Source: Podarcis filfolensis
Taxonomy: Eukaryota
Assembly (NCBI GenBank): GCA_964270895.1
Contig: OZ185436.1
Direction: 5' to 3' (one strand)
DNA length: 64,000 nt
Below, in pieces: positions 50,063 through 62,214 of the stretch. The number at the start of each line of letters is the position of its first letter. Within the stretch, counting starts at the first letter, position 1. The notes beneath the pieces were generated by a model. It did no database searches. It saw nothing but the letters and a program-made list of their open reading frames with translations, and was not told the DNA's origin. The position numbers and the translations under genes were made by a program.

Positions 50063-52129
50063 ACAGCCTTTCTATTTTTAAGCCCTAAATGAGTTCCTGG
50101 AAGAAGGCGCACCATAACGCAAGATTCAGTGTCCCTTTCGACTACATCCTCAAGGAATGCAGGCGTTGAGTGCACAAGTCTTAAGCAGTCTTCCAGCAAA
50201 AACGGAGAGTAATAGATTTGACATTTAAAATGGCTCTAGGGCCATGAGAAACAAATGGGGTTGTTGGGGCAACCTGAAAACACAATTAAAATGTAAAAAG
50301 CTCAAGTTCCAACTCATAAATATACACTAAAGCACCTTAAGGTATAGCAGAGAAGCCAAGGCAGGGCTTCAGCCGAGTATGACAATATGCTTTGCGGCAG
50401 GTGATTCTTAACACCCCTTTTCTTTCTTCCGCCATGTAATGGAACATGGAGCTGATGGCAGGTAATTCAGAGACCACTTTTCCATGTTTTAAGCCTCATT
50501 TGAGCACTACATTTTTCTCCGCCATAATTACCCACCGGCGTTCTTTGTCACTGTTTCAGCACCCTTTGTGTTGACAGTAGTGTAAGTCCTAATGTATTTA
50601 AGGTGCCAAAGTGTCTCCTTAGCTGTTGAGTCCGGGCGGCTGCTACCTCTCCCCTCCCCCCCGCTTCTGACTTGTTGCTATTCCAGTACAGCTGAATCCG
50701 TTCTAGCCTGGGATGTTAAATCTGCATCGTGCTTTTCCTGGCGGTTTGAGCTGCTGGCAAGCCTGTTTGACTATGCCCCCTGCATCTGCCGAATTGCAAA
50801 GCTGTTAATCAAGACAGTAACTACCGTTTCCTTCAAGTCTTCCCTAGTGGTTCCTCGCTCCATCCTGCTACGGTGAAATGCTGCTAAAATGGACAGTGTG
50901 CTTGAGCTACCCCTTCAGACTCTGCTTCCTGCTGTTCTTTGGGAAACGATATATACCTCTGTTGTCTCTTTAGATGAGCGGCTTTCATGATTCATTGCCT
51001 AGAATAGATTGAAACTAGATGTTATGGCAGATGTGGGCCTCTACTGAAAACAACAACCCCATGTCTCTGTCTCTTCCTTTCTTGTTGTTCGTAAATTCTA
51101 GGGATACTGCACGCCTGATGTAACATCATTACCTTCAAGTTCCCACCACCACCACTTCATTGACCGCTTCTTGTTCTTCCCATAAATAACAAACAATCCT
51201 CAATACAATTTTGGGTAAAGTCAACACCCCAAAAGTTGGAAACAAGTGGGAGATTTATAGCAATCACGTAGCTTTGTGTATGATCACAATTTATATACAT
51301 CTTATCTAGTGCAAGCCCTGCCATGCAGCGAGGTGAGGCTATCTGCTTAAGCCATTCCCATGCCAGGGTGGAATACAAGACCCAGAGTTCTTTGTGTGAT
51401 TACCCACACCTCCTGTGCTGTGTCTTTATGGTTGCCGCAGCATCACTTCCAGCTTCCAGTGCTTCATTTGGGTCTAGCACGGTGCTCCAATAATATCTGG
51501 TGTATGTAGAAAGGAATAAAAATCTTGGAATGTGCACCACGCAATAAACTCTGGACCCAACCCAAATCATACACCCCATATACCATACACTGGATGGGAG
51601 GGTCTTCCAACACATAAGACCAGATGTTCTCAGGACAAAATAAACATAAACATAGACCATTACAGGATTATTGTGAGATTGCTGTAAATGCAGTCAACAT
51701 ATGCTTGTGTGGATGGTAGCTGGGATGTTTAGAACAATTATTTAAAGCAATGCATAGAACATTGCATTCTTGTCTTAATTCATATTTGATCTACAGGTCA
51801 ATATTTCCTACAGGTGACTATTGAAGAACAATATGCACCTACTTTTTAACAGATGAAGAGTAGGAGTAATAAGATTGCATAAATTCTTATATATAATTCT
51901 TATATATATACAGTGCCTTTGCTTAGGGGAAACTTTTTTCTATTGACTCATGGGAAAAATCTATTGGGGTCCAGAGCCAAAAGTGGGAGAGCCACCAATA
52001 AGATAGAAACATCGGTAGAAGAAAGCTGTAGAAGACCAGGTATTTTCAACCTTTCACACAGAGGCCCAATTTTAACCCAAGCATGCATTTAGGGACCCAT
52101 TTCTTAATCTTGTACTAGATAAGCCCACA

Positions 52130-52280
52130 AGGTGGCTTGATAGCTTAGACAGACATGAGACTCCTAATGTCAGTGTTCTGAGTTTGAGCCCCACGTTGGG
52201 CAAGAGATTACTACATTGCAGGGGGTTGGACTAGATGACCCTTGTGGTCCCTTCCAGTCTATGGTTCTGTGATTCTATTT
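52130..52280 (+). mobile_element. tRNA-Lys-derived SINE with CR1-type tail
   Basis: catgagactcctaat.tcag.gttctgagtttgagccccacgttgggc resembles tRNA-Lys, followed by ggactagatgaccctt..gtcccttcca..tctatggttctgtgattcta (CR1 3' end). Confidence 0.75.
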
Positions 52281-52796
52281 GCATGGTGGTAGTACTGCTG
52301 TTGCGACCCACCTTCGATCAAGCCATGAGCAACTAGTGGGTCCTGACCCACATGTTGAAGACCAGTGTGGCTAGATGCTCTTGATGTGTCTGGAAATATT
52401 TATTTGTGCATGATGTATGAGAGATGAAGTTAGTTTAATATGGAATGAGCAGGAGTAGAATGCAAAACCCCATGACAGCTGCATTTGGAGTCTAACACAG
52501 GAAATAGGAAGTTCAGTGATGGATGTCTCAGTGACGGATGGCTTGATATAAGAATAGGGCAAAATATAAGAATGAAAAAAATTAGAGGAGTCTACCAGCA
52601 TCCCCTTTCTTTCATTTCTTGACCCCCTTTCCTGTGGCAACTTATCTGAGTTCTTATTTAGGGAAGGACTGTAGCTCAGTTGTAGAGCATCTGCTTTTAA
52701 GGCAGAAGCTCCTTGGTTTAATCTCCAGCATCTCCAGACAGGGCTGGCAGGGATTCTGTCTGAAACCCTGAAGAGCTGCTGCCTGTCAATGTAGAC

Positions 52797-52931
52797 CAGG
52801 CATAGGCAAACTCGGCCCTCCAGAAGTTTTGGGACTACAACTCCCATCATCCCTGACCATTGGTCCTGTTAGCTAGGGATGATGGGAGTTGTAGTCCCGA
52901 ACATCTGGAGGGCCGAGTTTGCCTATGCCTG
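52797..52931. mobile_element. Palindromic hAT MITE (same family as 3289)
   Basis: TIR CAGGCATAGGCAAACTCGGCCCTCCAGA. Perfect TSD ATGTAGAC at 52789-52796 and 52932-52939. Confidence 0.94.
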
Positions 52932-52964
52932 ATGTAGACCATACTGAGCTAACTAGCAGTGGTA

Positions 52965-53206
52965 CAGTGGTACCTCGGGTTAAGTACTTAATTCGTTCCG
53001 GAGGTCCGTTCTTAACCTGAAACTGTTCTTAACCTGAAGCACCACTTTAGCTAATGGGGCTTCCCGTTGCCGCTGCGCTGCCAGAGCACAATTTCTGTTC
53101 TCATCCTGATGCAAAGTTCTTAACCCGAGGTAATATTTTTGGGTTAGCGGAGTCTGTAACCTGAAGCGTATGTAACCTGAAGTGTATGCAACCCGAGGTA
53201 CCACTG
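52965..53206 (-). mobile_element. Tc1/mariner MITE (family of 12537, opposite orientation)
   Basis: TA-CAGTGGTACCTCGGGTTA...CAACCCGAGGTACCACTG-TA. Confidence 0.92.
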
Positions 53207-54055
53207 TATAAGTATAAGGTATAAGGCAACTTACTCAGTATAAGGCAACTTCCTGCACTCCTACAACGCTGCTGGCTATTTAAAAACCTTGGTGCATATT
53301 GGGAAGGAGACCAAGTGGTGGCAAAAGCATTAAACTTCAGTTGTGGTTTGTGCCTGATCCAAGAGTAGGCAAGAGAATAGGAAAAAGATGGGATGTAGAG
53401 AAAGTAAGAGGAAGAGCGAAAGAGAAAAGTAGACAGAAAAGAGGCAAAACTACAGTACAGTCAAAAATTAAAAGTTGGTTTTGTATTGCCGGATGAGGTT
53501 AAAGATGGTCTTAAAAGGTTGAACATTACTATGCCGAAGAACCTTACAGATTCCACCTACAGATTCCCCCCCCCTTTCCCCTTTATATCAAGAAAGTGGC
53601 ATGTGAGAGAGCATGGGCAGGTGTGATTCAATTTTTTATTTACCTAAGGAAGATACAACACCTGGATCTCTTTGCAGGAAGATGGGTAGGATTCTGAAAT
53701 TCAAAGAGCCATTTAATGCACAGCTTTTTAGAGTAAAATACATTTGCACACGGTTTATACAGTTAGAGTGCTACTTAATTAATTGTTTCAGTGGCTTCCA
53801 TTGACATGTAATGGTAATGCATTTCCCAGTAATGTAATTACTTGGCTAATTGTGGCATAGGACTAGTTTACAGTTAGTTCTGAGCTACGAGTTCTCAGAA
53901 CATCTTGCGAGATAGTTCTTTCTGTTTATGTTCCAGCTAAGGACAATGTTGCAACCAACATCTTTGCTTTTCAGTGTGTTCCTGACAGCTTCTGTCTCAG
54001 CTGTGAATTTTGCAAGTGTTTTGCTTCTGAAGTTAACCCTTCGAGCTTAATGCTT

Positions 54056-54140
54056 TCCTTGAGACAGCAAGCCATGTTCCGGGAGAACAACCAATTCAAG
54101 TATGAGCAAGTAGCATGTGTGGTTGGGGAGGGTCCAAACC
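54056..54140 (+). repeat. 85-bp direct repeat, copy 1
   Basis: tccttgagacagcaagcc...gagggtccaaacc; 84/85 identical to 55179-55263. Confidence 0.95.
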
Positions 54141-54502
54141 TGTCTTTGCCTTTGTCTCCTGGTTCATGCAGCATAATGTGCCTTTTTTGATGCAACTCTT
54201 TGCTTGTGGCACAGTGTCTGGATATGGGTTGGTATGTGGATCCTACCTTACAGTGACAGGTTGGTCATGGTAGCTATCTGGTTTCTTCCAAGTTTTATGA
54301 TTCTATGACCAAATGACCTTCAAACCCTTTTAAATGCACGTTTACACGGTTAGCTGATTCTTATTGCACAGATATATTTCCGGTCTCTGAAGGACTTTAT
54401 GTTGCTGCTGCCCTACTTTTTTCTTACATTGGATGTGCTAGCTTAGAAGTATTGAGCTGCCATTGAAAGATTGGCTGGTTTGATTATTTTCTTTCTTCTT
54501 AG

Positions 54503-54567
54503 GCCACCCAAGTGCTGTTTGCAGAAGATGTGCTTGAAGAAAGGGAGCCCATGCAGATTACCCAAAG
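54503..54567 (+). CDS. UIMC1: UIMC1 small exon (ATQVLFAEDVLEEREPMQITQ + AG)
   Basis: Acceptor tttcttcttag|GCC, donor AAG|GTAAGT, 65 nt, phase 0 to 2. Confidence 0.85.
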
Positions 54568-55178
54568 GTAAGTAGGTGTATATCAGAGTAGTTCATTATG
54601 GGAGATAATAAGCCTGCTGCAATGACCTGGTCTTACTGGGATCTTCTTCAAAAGCTGTTGCACAGAAATTTAGTTTTTTGATGCCTGCAGCTGTTGTATA
54701 TTTCAGGTTGTAACTATACTGTGCTGGAATGTGATAAGCGGGCAAAGGAACCTAATTTCTGTTTGTATAGTGTCAAATGTGTGTGACTCAGAGCCTTGAA
54801 CGGATATTCTGCCCAAAATCTCAGCATGCATTATCATTCTTGCAGTATATTTGTGTCTAATGTCAAACAGAGAAGTATGACCCTCAATAGTACCTGTGTC
54901 TTAAAAATGTAAAGCAAGAAGTAGCCATCGCAGTAAAGATAATAAAGTTCAATCCTTGGCCTAAGGAGCTAATTTAATTTGATTTGACACCACAAAGCAA
55001 TAAATTGTGGCTGGTTGAAAGATGAGTTTCAGCAAGAGTCTCAGCGGGTATGCAAACAGCATGGCGGAGCAGTATTTAAATATATATAATATGTAATATA
55101 TATATGCAGTTCTTTGAAGAGGCAAGAACAGAAGACAAGACCAAGAAAGCATATTGTAATAGTGGCAGCACATTTATC

Positions 55179-55263
55179 TCCTTGAGACAGCAAGCCATGT
55201 TCTGGGAGAACAACCAATTCAAGTATGAGCAAGTAGCATGTGTGGTTGGGGAGGGTCCAAACC
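55179..55263 (+). repeat. 85-bp direct repeat, copy 2
   Basis: A single C/T difference from copy 1 (gttccggg vs gttctggg). Confidence 0.95.
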
Positions 55264-57589
55264 CTGTTTGCTTCAGATGATTAAATAACAAGTTGGGGAG
55301 GCTGCTGCCTGTGTCTCGCATTTGGGCCCCTGCTGCTGCTGCTGCTTTTTCTGGCAGGGCACAGCATGGTGGCCATTTCTGGAATACCTCCTGGGAGGAC
55401 TGCCGCCTTAAAGGTTCCCAGAGCCCAGGAGTAAAGCATACTGGCTGGGATGGCTTGCAGTAGAGATCAGGAAATGAAGGAAACGGTAGGAGATGGTGCA
55501 GATAGGGGAAGATTCATGAAGTAATTTGCCAGGAAGATTTCAATATTTGCTGCTCAGCCACAAGTCTAGCTGTGAGAAGTTCCTTGATTCTTGGGTTAGT
55601 TTTCCCAGGTTTTATAATTAAAATGCTCTTGGCATGAGGCCACTGGTTTTTCTCTGCCTGATATCCTCTCTTCTCATTGATCCAACAGCATTTTGGCTGA
55701 ATGCTCAATGAGGGGAGCAGACTGACTAATGTGATAGCTCTTCCCACCCTGCAGTGGGGTAAGCTCTCCTATGTACATAGTCTAATAAGGAGGATGGCAG
55801 TTTCACCCTTATGGTGATCATACTTGGGAGGAGAGATTCAAGTGTGGATGCCTTTCTTTGCCATCACAGCTGTCAGGAGGTTCTGGGACTGCGTGGGGAA
55901 AGAGAGAGAGATATAATGCCCCTGTTTCCTCACTAGGGTGTAATATTTCAAGTACTCATTAGCCAGAGCTTGATTGGAAAAAATCCCCCTAGCTCCATCC
56001 AGGGACAGCACTCATATAAACAACAAGTGGCACTGGTATGAGGCTGCTACCCTTAAGGCTTGTTCCATTTCCCCCTCAGACTGTAGGTAATAGGATTAGT
56101 CTCCTCTGTTTACATTGGGTGCCTTGCACATTTTTCAAGCCGCAAGCAGGGATCTCAAAGTACATCCCACTTGCCACACTGTGACCCCGGGAACTTTGCA
56201 ATGCAGCCGGCGGCTGCCCTCATCAGGCTGCTGGGATCAAGATTGACCATTACGTGCTGCGACATCTAATTTGATCAGACGGCACATCTGCATTAAGATG
56301 ACAGTGGCTGCAGTATTCTCAGTTTTGTGCACATTAAGTGTGGCCATCTGGCACCTGGCAGTTTGCCAGCAGAGCCCTGCGCTGGGCAGAGCACAGGCAA
56401 CCTGGTCAGCGGGCTTCAGATGCTCTTTGGTTCTTATGCTGCTGGAGTAATTTTGAAAGCAGCTTTAGCCAACGGCATCTTCCTCCCATTGGCCACTCAG
56501 CTTTGTTGTTTCCTGTGTTGTGCAAAGTATGCTAGATTGAGATTTTAATAAATGATTATATGCTTTGTTACTGGGAGATAGTTGGTGTAGCAAGCAATGT
56601 GGGTTGACTTCAAATTGATTAGCCCATTTTATAAATGTCATAGCAAATTGTTTAGTGTGAGGCCTTTTGAAGTGAGTCTTGATGGTTTACACAGCATAAG
56701 CTGTCCTCAGCTTGGGCTCATAACAAATGCTTTGAAATGGTTTATTTAGCGAGAGAGCGAGAGAAGTCACTTGTGGTTTCCCATCAGGATTTTCTTATTT
56801 ATCATAAATCTGTGGTGGCTGTTCCCTACTCTCCGAGGCTCATAGCTGAGTTTAATAAATCTTTCCTTTTGTCAGTGTGGAGATTCGTGTTTTTCAAGTG
56901 TGCACTTGCATACTTGATCAATCCAATAGGAAAGCCACATAGAACTCTAAGGTTGACAGGGTGGCAATGTCACAGTGGCTCAGCCTGTGTCTTCCCGTGA
57001 CGTGGAGCGACTGTGCTTTGCAGAGAAAATGGCGGCACTGGAAGGTCAAAATGAGAGGAGCCAAGCACAGTTAAATGCTGCATAAAAGAGCTGCTTGGTT
57101 CGTGTTGGCAGAACTTTGCTGTAGGGAAGCTTTGAGTTGTGTCAGATTCCTGCTGCTTTAGAGAGCTGTGTGCAGTGATGAAATGGGGGGGGGGGGAGAG
57201 AATAGCAGTAAAGGATGGGAGAGAGAAGAGTTCAGTGTCAAACAGATCTCCACCTCTTCCCACTCCTCGCTAAGGATTAGGCTGCTTTGCTACCTGCAGT
57301 ACTCCTGTGACCAAAAGCAGAAAGCATCAAAGAAGCCTTTGCAGTTCTGAGTAGATATTCTTACTTCTCTTGCATGACACAACGACCCTTTCTTTTGCTT
57401 TAGAAAGCGTCTCTAGGGAAGAAGGGCTTCTCCACGGTCGTCTTGTTTGGGATGCTTCTTTCAAGCCTGTAACTTTCTGCATTCTCTCCTGCTGCCTTTC
57501 TTGGATAATCAGAGCTGCCAAGGCTGCAGCTGACTTTCACAGGCCTGCATGTTGTGACACTGGTTTATTCTGTGTTTGCATTTCAATAG

Positions 57590-57678
57590 CATTTCTGCCT
57601 TGACCCCGTTGGACAGTAGGAGAAGCCCAGACATGGCCGCAGAGAATCAAGCTGAGGAAGAAATCACTCTTTGCCCTG
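57590..57678 (+). CDS. UIMC1: UIMC1 exon (S-ISALTPLDSRRSPDMAAENQAEEEITLCP)
   Basis: Acceptor tttgcatttcaatag|C, donor CTG|GTATGA, phase 2 to 1. Resembles human VAALTSKRS...SAEEITVCP. Confidence 0.85.
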
Positions 57679-59172
57679 GTATGAGCCCTCTAACAATTCA
57701 TTTGTGGTTTTGAGCCAAGAAAATCAACATCCTTTAGTTGCAGACAAAGCTATGCTGCTTGGCAGGTTGTAAATCGTGAGGTCAAACTGGTAGGTTTGGC
57801 AAGTGGATCCCTTGAAAAAGGCCTGATCAGTTCCTTAGGAAAACACAAAATCCTGCTGGTCCCTTGCCATTCCAGCCCTGGTGTGTCCAGATGCAGGCAG
57901 GAGGAAGGTGGCTGACTCAACTCCCTTTCTGCTCTTTCATTTGGGTGGTTGCATCAATGGTACCCTGGGAGGGGCTTCATGCTGTTTCCTGTGGACTTCT
58001 TGCTTCACTGGAATGCCTCCCTTGGAGCACCATGACGGATGCTGCTAGTATGCTGGCACTGTCATCATTTATTTGCTTGGCCGTAGAACAAGGGTGACAC
58101 TGAGCGCCGCCTGCTGAGCCTCTTAGTTTTGTCCTAGAACCACTTATGTAAGTGTTTGTGTTAGCTTATATTCCTTGGTTAAACATACTGGGAGAAGGAC
58201 TCCTGAGCTTATCTTTTAGAAACTGAATGAAATATGTCTTCCTCTCAGGATGAGCAAATGAACTTCTTCCTCTGCCTTTTGCAGTCCTGTGTTTAATGAA
58301 GCTGCAATTGCTAATCATTGTTTGGACACTCAAAGCCAGGGGTGTCAACTAGTACGGCTTTAACAGGAGGGTTACCTCCTGTTAGAAGAGCCAGCGGTCC
58401 CCACCTGCTGGGTTTGTCAGTGACATCCTGAATGATGTATTTTCCCCGCCCCACCCCCCAGTTCAGAGCAAATCAGTCATACAGCAATGCTTACAAATCC
58501 ATCTGCCCTGAGCATACATTTTCAAAATCACGCTAGGGGAAAGGAATTTTCTTATATTCAGTAAGCAAGAAAATTGTTCAAGGTTAAATTGTTCTCTTCA
58601 AGACCCAATCTGATTTCGAAATTATTTTTCTAAAGCAAACCTTTTTTCAGTGTCACATCTCATACAGGAACAGGTTTAATTGTGAGGTTCCCTGCAGGAG
58701 ACTGGATGAGGTTTTCATTGTTGGTAATAACTGAGGGGTGGTGTTCTAACAAAGAGGCAGAGCGGGTACAAAGGAAAGGCAAGCTGTACAGCACAGCAAT
58801 AGGTGTGTTGCCTTTCTCCCGAGTTGAAGCGTTTGCTCCTGCATTGTGCTGCTCGCCAGCAAAACCTACCCTGGCGCACAACCTACATGCCCTATTGATT
58901 CCTGCTCCCTGTTAAGCTGCAGCGTGGCAGTAGCCTTATCCACACACTGCTGCACTATAGCTTTAAACTTCTACTCCAGTTATGTTGTTGCACGTTGTCT
59001 GCTAACATTTGTGACAAGTCTAAAAAATGTTTAGAAACTGTGAAGACACTGTAAAGCAAATGGGATAAGTTTTATCAGTTAGTGTGGAATGTGCTGGGGG
59101 GTTGGAGGGGGGCTTGTGGAGAATAATAGGGAGGGGCTGAGCTGCTGCTAACATGGGAGGCTTCTGTTACAG

Positions 59173-59252
59173 AGACCCAGCCGAGTCCATTGCAAGCTAT
59201 TGAGCCTGAGAGTGGAGAAATCCATTCATCCAGCAAAGATGTCTCTCTGCAG
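59173..59252 (+). CDS. UIMC1: UIMC1 exon (E-TQPSPLQAIEPESGEIHSSSKDVSLQ)
   Basis: Acceptor ttctgttacag|AG, donor CAG|GTAAGC, phase 1 to 0. Gives CP-E-TQ as in human VCPETQ. The zinc-finger exons were not found before 64000. Confidence 0.85.
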
Positions 59253-59348
59253 GTAAGCAAATCCCTAAGGGATAACAGCCAGTGAAGCGTCTGGAATGCA
59301 GAGTCTCGTTTCCTGCCTGTCTCCCAAAATGAGCTGCTTTGCAAACTA

Positions 59349-59352
<4 letters not shown>

Positions 59353-59400
<48 letters not shown>
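59353..59400 (+). repeat. (GT)24 microsatellite
   Basis: Perfect run, 100 nt downstream of the 59252 donor. Confidence 0.98.
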
Positions 59401-59401
<1 letters not shown>

Positions 59402-62214
59402 GGGCCTCCTGTTGTTCTCCCTCCCTTTGTCAGCAACTCCTCTCAATTCGTTTCTTTTCCTCCATCTATGCGGCCATGGACTACAAGCCTAGCACCTTTG
59501 TTAGCGGAAGGGATTGCTGTTGACTTTCTCACGTTTGTCATCTTGCAGGCGACACCTATTCAATGTGCTACATGGGTTGCGATGTGCCAAAGGACACCAC
59601 TGGGCCCAACGAGGGAAAGGGAGCTAGTTGCTTGTCCCCGAGCTGCACATGTCTGACTGAACAAAGAGGTTGCAAGCATGTTGGCAAAACTGACTCTGCA
59701 GTGTGATAAAGCTGTTGCTATTGGCTCTTTACAGCTTTGAGGCTTTGACAGTAGAGCATGTGTACACAAGAGGGGAGTGGGCAGAGGGCTTTAAGATTTG
59801 GCACTGGTCTGAATGCTGCTGCTGCTTAATTTTGGGGTGCTCACTGTCCTCGTGTGGGCCTTCTGACTATTACCTTAAACGAAGTCTTCGCAGTCATGAT
59901 TTATCTTGGATGTGCCTCTAGATTAATCCAGAGAAAGGCCTTTCTTGCTTGTCTCATTGCCAAATGAATGCTGTTGTCTTTGCTCTGCTTTCCTGAATCA
60001 CCACACCTGTGCTGCAGTCACCATGCCGCTGTCACAACAGTGACATCTGACTTCAATGGCTGTTTCTGGTAATATAAAAATAATGCCTATTTAGGTTGCT
60101 GCTGGTGGGAATATAAAAGGGATTTTCAAGTACTATTCTGGCAGGATACATAAATCTAGGTGAATTGAAGAGCATTTGACAAGATGATTCATATGTAAAA
60201 GGCTAATTCTTGGAGTCTTCAGCCTGTACAGGGTTGTCTGTCTCCATGATGATGACTGTTAACATGTAGAAGCAGCATCACATTGTAACAAGTACCTTAA
60301 TGAACTTCATAATAGCTCAGGTTTTTTACGTTGTGTGCCATTCATCAGTTAGGCAGTGTCACTGAGTGGGATAGTGAGTATCTGAACTCTCACAGCCTAT
60401 GCTATGTTTGCATAGTGATTATGAAACTTAGGGACCTCTAGGGAAACCAGAACTAGTGAGTTGTCTCTTGTGTTATGGGACTAGTTCCTGGGTGGGATTT
60501 GTGCCTTAAAAAACCTATCCAGGCAGAAAGACAGCAAGTGCTCAGAAAGGCCCTAAGGATAGGTCAGTAGCCCATTTTAGGCCTCCCGGTGTTAACTTGG
60601 GTGATCAGAAGGACTTGAACGCTGTGGCAGGATATTATATGGCTCAGTGGATAATGGGAGCTGAGCCATACACCAGCCAGCCTGATCTCCTGCCTCTGCT
60701 GCTGGCCCATAGGCATGAGCCCTGTTTGAACGGAGGCGGCCTCAGTCGCTCAGGGCATCTCTTCTTGTAAGCGCCGGCGTGGGATGGTTCTGCTTTCCCC
60801 TTTGCTGGGTGGGCAGCCAGTCATGCGGTTAAGGCTTCTCTCAGCCGTCCTCCCAGGGCTTGTCAAAAGTCATTCTCGGGGAGGGGGGTGGGGAGAGGGG
60901 GCTGATGTGTTGCTACACAATGCCGCATTTACATTTACAATTGAGTTATTTACTGTGGGAGTGTAAGCAGTTTATTTGGACACCTGGTATTTGCAAAGGA
61001 TGTGATCTGCAAGGCTGTGTAAAGTGGAAATGGGAAGGAGCGGAGAGCTCTTCACATCTGTATATGTGTCATCTTATTAGATTAACACCGATTTGATCAG
61101 AACTCCTTATCGTTGGCATGTCTTGTTTTGTGTTTGGCATGTCTTCACAACACACCATAGCCTCAAAGCACTTAGCAAGATGTCGAGATGCAAAATACTA
61201 GGAATCTATGGCGTAGCAGTAGTAGCTGTAGTGTAGCTTAATAACTGCAGAATGCACAAAGCAATTTTTTCCACTTTGGAGTCAGGTCTCTTTAGAAAAG
61301 GATTTTTAAAAAATGACTTTTGCCCGAAACAATTGTTGACGGTCCCTGCAGTTTGGTACTGATCACCTGTCAGCAGGGAATTTGGCACATTTGAGATTGG
61401 GCTTTAAGAAAACACCAGCCAATCATACACACCCCCACATATACAAAGCAGTCTTCAATAAGTCAATGAAATTCCTCACATAGAATTATGCTCTTGCTTG
61501 ACAATGTAGATTCTGCAATGAAGCTGCTAAGCAACAGGCCTACATAATGGGGACCACTCATAAAACAAAACATGAAGCATGCCTAAGCAGTCAGTCAGGC
61601 TCACGTCTAGTGATGGTTTCCTTGGAACTGTGCAGTTATAAGGACACAGATGACAGTTTCTGTGTATGTGTAAGGAGAGAGTGTGTCTGCTTGTCTCACC
61701 CCAATAAAAATCACCAATCCTAGAATATTTCCCACAGGTTCCATCTAGCTGGTTTAATATTTAAACAGACGTTTTAATGGTTCTGGCAAATCTTCTTTGC
61801 TTTTGAATGTTTAGGAACCTTTGAGATAGGGTGACATTATGTAGAAGTCTTCCAGCATTAAGAAATAAAATGGCAGTAGTCAGCCTTCTGCCTCTTTCAG
61901 ACATGAATAGTTCAAGGCAGAGGCTGTGCGTTTCAGAGGGAGAAATGCACTGTGGCTCTGAGACTCTGTTGGGGATATTTAAAAAATGGGTGTATTTAAT
62001 GACATGCAGATAATAGTACTTAACTTTATCCTACAAAAAAGCCAAGAAAGAACTCCCATGTGTTTTCTTACTCCCATCCTGTATCCCTGCCACAAAACTA
62101 GGGGCTGATCTGGTTGGACCAGCATTCTTCTCACTCACAAACCCAAGGCCCAGCGAGGATTTGGGAGTTAATTCAAAGTAACTGCTGTAACTCTTCCACA
62201 TATTTGCCACTAGA

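Larger units (their letters stand above)
52661..53254 (+). mobile_element. tRNA-derived SINE (Squam2-like) split by two MITE insertions
   Basis: Head gggaaggactgtagctcagttgtagagcatctgc; tail actcagtataaggcaacttcct. Confidence 0.82.

Noticed and set aside
52130-52215. Apparent tRNA-Lys gene
   Set aside because: The cloverleaf is degenerate and fused to a CR1 tail, so it is a SINE head. The same applies to the tRNA-like heads at 49897 and 52661.
55461-55520. 60-nt phase 2-2 candidate for the missing UIMC1 exon 8
   Set aside because: Poor polypyrimidine tract, weak donor (aa|gtaatt) and no similarity to the human exon.
59549-59656. Possible alternative terminal UIMC1 exon (ttgcag|GCG...ELVACPRAAHV-stop)
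   Set aside because: The acceptor is plausible and in phase, but the peptide lacks the CPLC..C zinc-finger pattern and I saw no polyA signal nearby. It needs RNA evidence.
59075-59656. ORFs with THTHTH / CVCVCV repeats (also near 23230)
   Set aside because: These are translations of (GT)n/(CA)n microsatellites.
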